This document shows, piece by piece, positions 24,143 to 35,000 of a stretch of DNA of 64,000 nt. How positions within the stretch are numbered: position 1 is the stretch's first letter; every line of letters starts with the position of its first letter. A model generated the notes under the pieces. It ran no database searches. It saw only the letters and a program-made list of their open reading frames with translations, and had not been told where the DNA came from. The DNA is from Mobula hypostoma (lineage: Eukaryota), in NCBI RefSeq assembly GCF_963921235.1, contig NC_086108.1, positions 16,616,001 to 16,680,000 on the forward strand. The letters are read 5' to 3'. The position numbers and the translations under genes are program-made.

Positions 24143-24976
24143 GTACCTCTTCCTAGAGATGCTGCCTGGCCTGCTGCGTTCACCAGCAACTTTGAGGTAC
24201 ATTGAACCTTGAAGTGGAGAGACGACAGCAATAGAAGGCCACGAACATATACTCAGTAGCTACTTTATTAGGTACAGGAGGTAAATTGTGGGCATGCTAT
24301 GTTGGTGCTGGAAGGATGGCAACATTTGTGAGTTGCATCCAGAACACTATGTTGGTTGTTGATGCATATTTCATTGTATGTTTCAATATACACATCACAA
24401 ATAAAATTAACCTTTAGCTAAAGTTCAACACAAAAAATGTAAATGGATAAGTTTTCAAGAGAGAAAATACAGTTGAGAATGAATTGCAGAGCTCTGAAGG
24501 GGATGTGCAGTGGATCAGACAACAAGGAAAGAAACGAAAAACTAGAAAAAGTGTGCCTTTGCAGAGATGGACAGGTTTGCAATTTACTGCAGATACACTG
24601 ATAGGAAATTCTTATTAGTCAGTGCCTTCTGGCGTTTTATGATACATTTACACAATTCCCCGTTCTGATCTCAGGGGATAAGCCATGACAGAGAAACCTA
24701 TACAAATCCCATCTGCCTACAGGCACCAAATTAAAGGCTTTTCATCACATCAAAAGAAGGTTTAACAGTTGGAGCTTGCTGTTTGAACTGGAAGAAAAGC
24801 AGATTTGAAATGGTGTCTTGTCATAACACAGAGGAACATGATGAAGAATTAATTCAGTAATCACACTCCATCAAATATTTTGATTCTTACAATCAGAAAT
24901 GCATTTAAAAACATTTTTAAATTAGTTCCTTCAGTTCAGCATTTGAAGTTGCAATGAACAGGTATAACAATATTGT

Positions 24977-25145
24977 AACACAAAAGATTTTGCAGATGCT
25001 AGAAATCTTAAGCAACAAACACTAAATGCTGGAGGAACTCATCAAGTCAGGCAGCATCTATGGAGGGAAGTAAACTGTCGACATTCCAAGCTGAGACTCT
25101 TCATCAGCCTCGTGTGGCTGAGTTCCTCCAGCGTTTTGTGTGTGG
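24977..25145 (-). mobile_element. Old Penelope terminal-repeat fragment with a short inverted stub, next to the XPR1 exon donor
   Basis: tgctggaggaactcatcaagtcaggcagcatc...gagactcttcatcag, then inverted gctgagttcctccagcgttttgtgtg. Confidence 0.75.
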
Positions 25146-25175
25146 TGTTCATCAGTATGGTGGAGAGCAACTTAC

Positions 25176-25370
25176 CTTTGTGTGTACTGTACAGAGCAGC
25201 AAAAGTCACTACAAAGAATGTGGTAGAATACTTTCCGGCATTGACCAGGTGAGGGAATGCTCGCTTGGTGTCTCGGTAGCGGCGAAGGCACTGGGTGAAG
25301 CGTACCCATGCAGGCAGACACTGGATGATAGCTCTTACTCCATAGGAGTATTTGTTGCACGTAGAATCAC
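25176..25370 (-). CDS. XPR1: XPR1 internal coding exon (probably exon 11), 195 nt, phase 1-1
   Basis: Reverse complement translates (G)[64 protein letters not shown], recognisable as the XPR1 EXS-domain segment. Acceptor cttattgcag lies at 25380-25371 and donor gtaag at 25175-25171. Confidence 0.97.
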
Positions 25371-26725
25371 CTGCAATAAGTAGAAGGGAATGAGAGTGAG
25401 TAACAGCAATGGTTTGTCAAGGGACAGTTTGTAAGTCTTCCAGTTTCACTTGTGTTTAGACCAAACAACAAAACAACAGCACTATACAGTCAGTGGGCAC
25501 TTTATTAAGTACTCCTGTTAATGCAAATATCTAGTCATTTAAAATCTACAATGACAACTTCTATCCTAAGGAGGTTTACAGCTGCAGTATCACAATGCCA
25601 TACTCAAGATATATCTGAAATTCACTTATAAACAATGACTTTGTTGGTTCTTACATACTGGCAGATACTTTATTGAAATAGAATAGTTATCTCAACTGGA
25701 AGAGGATCTCAAAGCATCCTTTGCATCAATGATGGATGGTATCAAAGTTTGAAGGAGTAATGATAAATTTCCAACTGGAAGTGCTTCAGCTATAATAGGA
25801 AACAAACGTAAATATGAGAGATTCTCTTCAGCTTCCATGCATCTTCCCTTTCTCAGCACAAAGGGCAGCCTGAAAACTACATAAAAGAAACAAATGACAT
25901 CATCCTTAACTGAACAGCTGAAGGGGGATAGAACACGAGAACCACCGTTTCATATAGAAAGATACGGTTTCATAGATATTCGCAGCCCTCTAGCACCTTG
26001 ACCTAGTAGTACATATTCTCCCTCTGAGCTCTGCTTAATGAATATCACAGCATTAAGACTTGAAAGTTCAATTGTATATAAAATTGCAGTCTGTGTGTTT
26101 ATAAAGAATTTTATTTCCAGACCATACAAAGTGGATGTTACTTCTACCAAAATGGCCTTGTCCAACAAAACATGAATTGAGTTTAAACTAGAATCGCTGG
26201 CGGGGTGGGAACAGAACTGAAGAGACGGGGCGGTTCGCTCTCAAATCCAGAAAGCTTGTAGACAGTGTGAAAGGGTCGATAGACAAGTGATAGAGAAGGG
26301 ATGCGCTCAGCCTGATGGTTTGAGATGCATCTATTTTAATGCAAGAAGTATCATGAACAAAGTGGCTGAACTCAGAGCGTGGATCTGTACTTGAAGCATT
26401 GGATGGTTCAGGGGCAGGAATGGATACTTTAGAGTGCCAGGCTTTAGATGTTTCAGAAAGGACAGGGAGTGAGGTAAAAGAGGTGGGGGTGTGGCACTGC
26501 TGATCAGAGCTGGTGTCACGGCTGCAGAAAAGGAGAAAGTCATGGGGGGATTGTCTACTGTGGGTGGAAGTTAGGAACAGGAAGGGGTCAATAAGGCTAC
26601 TGAGTGTTTTTTATAGACCACTCAATAGTAACAGGGACATCGAAGAGCAGAGAGGGAGACAAATTCTGGAAAGATGCAGTAATAACGCGGTTATTGTGGT
26701 GGGAGATTTTAAATTCCCTTATATA

Positions 26726-27385
26726 TTAGAAACATAGAAAACCTATAGCACGACACAGGCTCTTTGACCCACAAAGCTGTCTGAATATGTCTTTACCTTA
26801 GAAATTACCTCGGGTTACCCATAGTCCTCTATTTTTCTGAGCTCCGTGTACCTAACCAGGAATCTCTTAAAAGACCCTATCATATCTGCCTCTACCACCG
26901 TTGCCCATTCCAAGCACTCATCACTCTCTACCTAAAAAACTTACCACTGACATCTCTTCTGTACCTACTTCCAAGCATCTTAAAACTGTGCCCTCTCATG
27001 CTAGCCATTTCAGCCCTGGGGAAAAAGCCTCTGACTATCCACACGATCAATGCCTCTCTTGTACACCTCTATCAGGTCACCTCTATCCTCCATTGCTCCA
27101 AGGAGAAAAGGCCGAGTTCATTCAACCCATCCTCATAAGGCATGCTGCCCAATCCAGGCAACATCTTTGTAAATCTCATCTGCACCATTTCTATGGTTTC
27201 CACATGCTTCCTGTAGTGAGGCGACCAGCACCAAGCACAGTACTCCAAGTGGGAACTGACCAGGATCCTATATAACTGCAACATTACCTCTTGGCTCCAA
27301 AACTCGATCCCAAGATTAATGAAGGCCAATGCACCATATGCCTTCTTAACCACAGAGTCAACCTGTGCAGCAGCTTTGAGTGTCA
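26726..27385 (-). mobile_element. CR1 3' fragment
   Basis: QVDSVVKKAYGALAFINLGIEF..HLEYCAWCWSPHYRK; tail (agaaacat)n on the + strand. Confidence 0.85.
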
Positions 27386-27394
27386 ATATTGATG

Positions 27395-29018
27395 TGCCCT
27401 TACACTTCCTCCCTCACCACCATTCAGGGATCCAGACAGTCCTCCCAGGTGAGGCAACACTTCAGCTGTGAGTCGGCTGGTGTGATATACTGCATCGGGT
27501 GCTCCCGGTGCAGCCTTCTATTGTTACGTAACCGGCAACAATGAATATCAATCGAGACAGGTTATATAAAAACAACCAAGCATTTATAAACACGGATAAA
27601 CAATAAAAAAAACGCGAATACCTGAACTGGAAGTTAACCACTATGCGGCTGTTCAACAAATCACCACTCAGTACTGGTTCTTAAAGCGATAAATGCGAAA
27701 ACAGTTCTTAAAGCGGTAAAGTCAAATAAAGTTCTTAAAATGGTAAATTTGAAAGTCCAATAGATTTATACGTTCAATTGGGAGAGACTTCTCTGGAGAA
27801 GGATTCTTCATAGATGTGACTTTCCTGCTAGTTCTGTCCAAAAGATTCACGATGAAGGAAATAAACGGCTTAAAACAACTGACCTTTCTTCTGGCGAGCA
27901 AATCCTGCATGAACTACCTTGCTCTTTCGGCAGGAGTTACCTTCGATGCAGGTTGCTACTTCTTCAACGAAGACTCAATAAGGTCGATCCTTTGTTAAAC
28001 TGCCAAACAATACCAACTTCTCTTAATCCTTCAGGTCCTGTACTTCGATAAAGTCTTCACTCTCCAATACCACTGAAAAGGTACATCAACAAATCTGGCA
28101 GAAATTGCCAATCCAGCACTATTGTACCTTACAATAGAACGTAACACTCCGTTTTAAAAATAAAACTGCGTCACAAAACAAATACGCAATGGAACGGAGA
28201 TACTGACGAATGTTCTAACTGGAAAACTAACTGCGTCACCAGAGGTCTTCACTTTTATACCTGTGGTGAACATGTCATCACGTGACCGCACATCAGTGGG
28301 AAAATTACATCAGGTGACCTCCAAAAGACCATTACATCATTCTCACCAGGAAGTCACAAGATCTCCTTGAGGTATGTAACACTATATATTGGCGACACCC
28401 GATGCAGACTGGGAGACCGTTTCGCTGAACACCTGTGCTTTGTCCACCAGAGAAAGCAGGATCTCCCAGTGGCCACACATTTTAATTCCACGTCCCATTC
28501 CCATTCTGATATGTCCATCCATGGCCTCCTCTACTGTCAAGATGAAGCCACACTCAGGTTGGAGGAACAACACCTTATATTCCATCTGGGTAGCCTCCAA
28601 CCTGATGGCATGAACATTGACTTCTCTAACTTCCGTTAATGCCCCTCCTCCCCTTCTTACCCCATCCCTTATTTATTTATTATCCCCCCCCCTTTTTTCT
28701 CCCTCTGTCGCTCTCACTATATCTTCCTCTGGTGCTCCCCTCCCCATTTCTTTCCCCCTCGGTCTCCCGTCCCATGATCCTCTCCCTTCTCCAGCCTTAT
28801 ATCCTTTTTGCCAATCAACTTTCCAGCTCTTAGCTGCATCCCTCCCCCTCCTTTCTTCTATCATTTTGGATCTCCGTCTCCCCCTCCCACTTTCAAATCT
28901 TTTACTATCTCTTCTTTCAGTTAGTCCTGACGAAGGGTCTAGGCCCAAAACGTCAACTGTACTTCTTCCTATAGATGCCGCTTGGCCTGCTGTGTTCCAC
29001 CAGCATTTTTGTGTGTGT
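27395..29018 (+). mobile_element. Penelope-like element 3' part (GIY-YIG plus terminal repeat), split by a solo LTR
   Basis: GVIYCIGCSRCSLL | YIGDTRCRLGDRFAEHL...LEEQHLIFHLGSLQPDGMNIDFSNF; hammerhead at 28923-28958 with GAAA mutated. Confidence 0.9.
27522..28381 (-). mobile_element. Solo LTR, 860 bp
   Basis: TGTTAC...GTAACA termini; 4-bp TSD ctat at 27518-27521 and 28382-28385. TATA-like gtataaaag on the minus strand at ~28260-28252, so orientation is inferred. Confidence 0.87.
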
Positions 29019-31190
29019 GACTTTACCATAGAATTGGAGAGGGATAAGAACAGACAAGTTAGAAAAGCATTTAATTGGAGTAAGGGGAAATATGAAGCTA
29101 TCAGGCAGGAACTTGGAAGCAGAAATTGGAAACAGATGTTTTCAGGGAAATGTACAGCAGAAATATGGCAAATGTTCAGGAGATATTTCTGTGGTGTTCT
29201 GCATAGGTACGTTCCAATGAGACAGGGAAAGGATGGTAGGTACAGGAACCACGGTGTACAAAGGCTGTTGAAAATCTAGTCAAGAAGAAAAGAAAAGCTT
29301 ACTAAAGGTTCAAAAAACTTGGTAATGATTGAGATCTTGAAAATTATAAGGCTAGCAGGAAGGAGCTTAAGAATGAAATTAGGAGAGCAAGAAGGGGCCA
29401 TGAGAAGGCCTTGGCGAGCAGGATTAAGGAAAACCCCAAGGCATTCTATGTCAAGAGCAAGAGGATAAAACGTGAGAGAATAGGACCAATCAAGTCTGAC
29501 AGTGGAAAAGTGTGTATGGAACCGGATGAGTTAGCGGAGGTACTTAATGAATACTTTGCTTCAGTATTCACAATGGAAAAGGACCTTGGCGATTATAGGG
29601 ATGACTTACAGTGGACTATAAAGCTTGAGCATATAGACTTTAAGAAAGGAGATGTGCTGGAGCTTTTGGAAAGCATTAAGTTGGATAGGTCACCGGGACC
29701 TGACGAGATATACCCCAGGCTACTGTGGGAGGTGAGGAAGGAGATTGCTGATCCTCTGTCAATGGGGATGGGAGAGGTTCCAGAGGATTGGTGGGTTGCA
29801 ATGTTGTTCCCTTGTTCAAGAAAGGGAGTAGAGATAGCCAGGAAATTATAGACCAGTGAGTCTAACTTCAGTGGTAGGTAAGTTGATGGAGGAGATCTTG
29901 AGAAGCAGGATTTATGAACATTTCGAGAGGCACAATATGATTAGGAATAGTCAGCATGGCTTTGTCAAAGGCAGGTCGTGCCTTATGAGCCTGAATGAAT
30001 TTTTTGGGGATATGACTAAGCACATTGATGAAAGTAGACCAGTAGATGCAGTGTTTATGGATTTCAGCACGGCATTTGATAAGGTACCCTTGCAAAGCTT
30101 ATTGAGAAAGTAAGGAAGCCTGGGATCCATGGGGACCTTGCTTTGTGGATCCAGGATTGGCTTGCCCACAGAAGGCAAAGAATGATCGTAGATGGGTCAT
30201 ATTCTACATGGAGGTTGGTGACCAGTGGTGTGCCTGATGGATCTGTTCTGGGACCCCCCCTTCTCTTCATGATTTTTATAAGTGACCTGGATGAAGAAGT
30301 GGAGGGATAGGTTAGTAAATTTGCTGATGACACAAAGGTTGGGGGTGTTGTGGAAAGTGTGGAGGGCTGTCGTAGTTTACAGTGGGACATCGATAGGATG
30401 CAAAACTGGGCTGAGAAGTGGTAGATGGAGCTCAACCCAGATAAGTGTGAAGTGGTTCATTTCAATAGGTCAAATAAGATGGCAGAATATAGTATTAATG
30501 GTAAGACTCTTGGCAGTATGGAGGAATAGAGGGATCTTGGGGTCCGAGTCCATAGGACACTCAAACCTGCTGCGCAGGCTGACTGTCTGGTTAAGGCAGC
30601 GTACATCAACCATGGGATTGAATCAAGAGCCGAGAGGTAATGATACAGCTGTTTAGGACCCTGGTCAGAACCCACTTGGAGTACTGTGCTTAGTTCTGGT
30701 TACCTCACTACAGAAAGGATGTGGAAGCTATAGAAAGGTTGCTGAGGAGATTTACAATGATGTTGCCTGGATTGGGGAGCATGAGTGAACTTGGCCTTTT
30801 CTCCTTGGAGCAACGGAGGATGAGAGGTGACCTGATAGAGGTGTACAAGATAATGAGAGGCATTGATCGTGTCAGAGGCTTTTGCTCCCAGGGATGAAAT
30901 AGCTAACACAAGAAGACACAGTTTTAAGGTACTTGGAAGCAGATACAGAGGAGATGTCAGGGGTAAGTTTTTTATGCAGAGAGTGGTGAGTGCATGGAAT
31001 GGGTTGCCGGCGACTGTGGTGAAGGTGGATACAATACAGTCTTTTAAGAGGCTCCTGGATAGGTACACGGAGCTTAGAAAAATAGAGGGCTATGGGTAAC
31101 CCTAGATACTTTCTAAAGTACGTACATGTTTGGCACAGCATTGTGGGACAAAGGGCCTGTATTGTGCTGTAGGTTTTCTATATTTCTATA

Positions 31191-31437
31191 GGAGGCAGGT
31201 GGTCAAGTGGTTAAGCCATTGGACTAGCGACCTGAAGGTTGTGAGTTCGAGCCCCAGCCGAGGGAATGTGTTGTGTCCTTGAGCAAGGCACTTAATCACA
31301 CATTGCGACAACACTGGTGCCAAGCTGTATGGGCAACTGCTGGTCTTCCATACAACCTTGCCCAGGCCTGCGCCCTGGAGGGAGAAGACTTTCCAGGCAC
31401 AGATCCATGGTCTCACAAGACTAACGGATGCCTTTAT
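31191..31437 (+). mobile_element. tRNA-derived SINE
   Basis: A-box-like tggtcaagtgg; B-box gagttcgagcc; then CORE-like tgtgtccttgagcaaggcacttaa. tataggaggca is repeated at both ends (31187-31197, 31435-31445). Confidence 0.82.
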
Positions 31438-32067
31438 AGGAGGCACAGAGCTTACATTTCAATTACATAGTATAAATGGCATAGCATGGTTAATGTTTAT
31501 ATTTAAAATCAATTTCCAGCATTAATCTTCTAAATTCACTCTGCAATCAAACCACTCTGTAATTTGGTAAAATTTCCCCTGGTTCTAGAATTCATAGTGA
31601 TTATGTTTTACAGTAAAATAAACAAACCTTGAAATAACTGGGATTATGTCATGTGCATATCAAAGTACATTTTTATGGGACGAACCAAGTTAAATTTACA
31701 TTATTTCTTGCTATTCACAATTTTTATTGGAAATTAACATATTTATTAGAAGTATTATTGGAATCATTTTATGTGCACTTGCAAAAGCAATTTCGAGTTC
31801 CAGAACAATATTACGTGTAGGAACGTCAATAAAAAAGCTGTAGATGCTGGAAATTTGAATGAAGAAAATAAAATGCCGAAAAAATTTGATGATTAGGCAG
31901 CATCTGTGGAATGTGAAATGAAGGCCAAAAGCAGACTTCTCTTCTCATTATTTCATCAGGACTGTTCCCATCATGACACCTTGATTCATTCATCCCTTTT
32001 CCATCAACGTTCACCTCATGGCAATTTTCATCCCAACTGCAGGAAATGCAACACCCACTCTGATACT

Positions 32068-35000
32068 TATAACCATATAACAATTACAGCACGGAAACAG
32101 GCCATCTTGGCTCTTCTAGTCCGTACCGAATTCTTACTCTCACCTAGTCCCACCGACCTGCACTCAGCCCATAACCCTCCATTCCTTTCCTGCCCATATA
32201 GCTGTCCAATTTAACTTTAAAACAACATCGAATCACTTCTGCTGGAAGCTTGTTCTACACAGCTACCACTCTCTGAGTAAAGAAGTTCCCCCTCATTTTA
32301 CCCCTAAACTCTTGCCCTTTAACTCTCAACTCATGTCCTCTTGTTTGAATCTCCCCCATTCTCGATGGAAAAAGCCTATCCATGTCAACCCTATCAATCC
32401 CCCTCATAGTTTTAAACACCTCTATCAAGTCCCCCCATCAACCTTCTACATTCCAAAGAATAAAGATCCAACTTGTTCAACAGGTAACATTCCAGTAAAT
32501 CTTCTCTGTACTCTCTCTATTTTGTTGACATCTTTCCTATAACTTGGTGAGCAAAACTGTACACAATACTCCAAATTCGGCCTCACCAATGCCTTGTACA
32601 ATTTCAACATTACATCCCAATTTCTATAGTCAATGCTCTGATTTATAAAGGCCAGCATACCAAAAGCTTTCTTCACATGAGATTCCACCTTCAGGGAACT
32701 ATGCACCATTATTCCGAGATCCCTCTGTTCTACTGCATTCTTCAATGCCCTACCATTTACCATGTATGTCCCATTTTGATTAGTCCTAACAAAATGTAGC
32801 ACCTCTCATTTATCAGCATTAAACTCCATCTGCCATCTTTCAGCCCATTCTTCTAACCAGCCTAAATCTCACTGTAAGCTCTGAAAACCTACTTCATTAT
32901 CCACAACTCCACCTATCTTAGTATCATCTGCATACTTATCCAATTTACCACCTCATCATCCAGATCATTAATATAGATGACAAACAACATTGGACCCAGT
33001 ACAGATCCCTGAGGTGCACCACTAAACATCGACCTCCAATCTGACAAACAGTTATCCACCACCACTCTCTGGTGTCTCCCGTCCAGCCACTGCTGAATCC
33101 ATTTTACTACTTCAATATTAATACCTAACAATTGAACCTTCCAAACCAACCTTCCCTGTTGGACCTTGTCAAAGGCCTTACTGAAGTCCATATAGACAAC
33201 ATCCACCGCTTTACCCTCATCAACTTTCCTAGTAACCTCATCAAAAAATTCAATAAGATTTGTCAAATGTGACTTTCCATGCACAAATCCATGTTGACTG
33301 TTCCTAATCAGACCCTGTCTATCCAGATAATTATATATACCATCTCTAAGAATACTTTCCATCAATTTACCCACCACTGACGTCAAACTCACAGGCCGAT
33401 AATTGCTAGGTTTACTCTCAGAACCTTTTTTAAACAATGGAACAACATGAGCAATACGCCAATCCTCTGGCACCATCCCCGTTTCTAATGACATTTGAAA
33501 TATTTCTGTCGGAGCCCTGCTACTTCCACACTAACTTCCCTCAAGATCCTAGGGAATATCCTGTCAGGACTCGGAGACTTGTCCACTTTTATATTCCTTA
33601 AAAGCGCCAGTACTACCTCTTCTTTAATCATCATAGTTTCCATAACTTCCTTACCTGTTTCCCTCATCTTACACAATTCAATATCCTTCTCCTTAGTGAA
33701 CACCAAAGAAAAGAAATTGTTCAGAATCTCCCCCATCTCTTTTGGCTCCACACATAGCTGTCTGCTCTGATTCTCTAAGGGACCAATTTTGTCCCTCACT
33801 ATCCTTTTGGTATTAATATAACGGTGAAACCCTTGGGATTTATTTTCACCTTACTTGCCAAAGCAACCTTGTATCTTCTTTCAGCTTTTCTAATTTCTTT
33901 CTTAAGATTCTTTTTACATTCTTTATATTTCTCAAGCATCTCATTTATTCCATGCTGCCTATCCTTTATTGTAGATACCTCTCTTTTTCCGAAACAAGTT
34001 TCCAATATCCCTTGAAAACCATGGCTCTCTCAAACTTTTAACCTTTCCTTTCAACCAAACAGGAACATAAAGATTCTGTACTCTCAAAATTTCACCTTTG
34101 AATGACCTCCATTTCTCTATTACATCCTTCCCATAAAACAAATTGTCCCAATCCACTCCTTCTAAATCCTTTTGCATCTCCTCAAAGTTAGCCTTTCTCC
34201 AATCAAAAATCTCAACCCTGGGTCCAGACCTATCCTTCTCCATAATTATATTGAAACTAATAGCATTTTGATCACTGGACCTGAAGGGCTCCCCAACACA
34301 AACCTCCATCACCTGATCTATCTCATTCCCTAACACTTCTCTAGTTGGTACCTCTATGTATTGCTGCAAAAAACTATCCTGCACACATTTTACAAACTCC
34401 AAACCATCCAGCTTCCCACTCTATGTGTGGAAAATTAAAATCTCCCACAATCACAACCTTGTGTTTACTACAAATATCTGCTATCTCCTTACAAATTTGC
34501 TCCTCCAATTCTCGCTCCCCATTTGGTGGTCTATAATACACCCCCATAAGAGTTACTACACCTTTCCCATTCCTCAGTTCCACCCAAATAGTCTCCCTAG
34601 ATGAGCCCTCTAATCTATCCTGCCAGAGCACTGCTGTAATATTTTCTCTATTACAAGCAATGCAACACCTCCCCGTCTTGTCCCTCTGATTCTGTCACAC
34701 CTGAAGCAATTAAATTCAGGAGTATTTAGTTGCCAATCACACCCCATGTTTCACTAATAGCTACCACATCATACTTCCAGGTATCAATCCATGCTTTAAG
34801 CTCATCCACTTTTCTTACAAATGCTCCTAGCATTAAAATAAATGCATTTAAGAATTTTTCCACCTCTTACTCTCTGTTCATCACTAACAGTGCAAACAAC
34901 CTTACTATTTTCTTTTTCTTCCTTCTTCCGTACATCTGTTCCTACACTCTGGTTCCTCTCCCCCCTTATATCTGGTTTAAATCCACCGGAGCTTCTTTAG

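Larger units (their letters stand above)
23316..24198. mobile_element. Palindromic double Penelope insertion (two opposed 3' segments) with a 14-bp TSD
   Basis: Arms ~23357-23776 and 23784-24195 with a 7-nt spacer; TSD acattgaaccttga at 23302-23315 and 24199-24212. Confidence 0.92.
22857..24282 (+). mobile_element. Tc1-derived element (transposase N-terminal HTH), split by the Penelope palindrome
   Basis: TIR cacccagaggccacttcattaggtac; MGKKCDLSDVDHGIIVGTIRDGLSISETADLLGFSHTTVSRVYREW. Confidence 0.87.
26178..31190 (+). mobile_element. CR1 LINE (ORF2 to 3' tail), interrupted at ~26726-29018
   Basis: WVEVRNRKGS..FYRP..VVGDFKFP; resumes FTIELERDKNR; SLTSVVGKLMEEIL; tail ttttctatatttctat. Confidence 0.87.

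Noticed and set aside
23255..24231. Recurring Pro/Leu-rich ORFs (SPDEGSRPETST), also at 28617 and 41174, as a protein family
   Set aside because: They are translations of the pyrimidine-rich Penelope terminal repeat. The recurring peptide is simply the hammerhead sequence, and the frames vary between copies.
31191..31265. tRNA gene
   Set aside because: Has A/B boxes but no clean acceptor stem or terminator, and continues into a SINE body.
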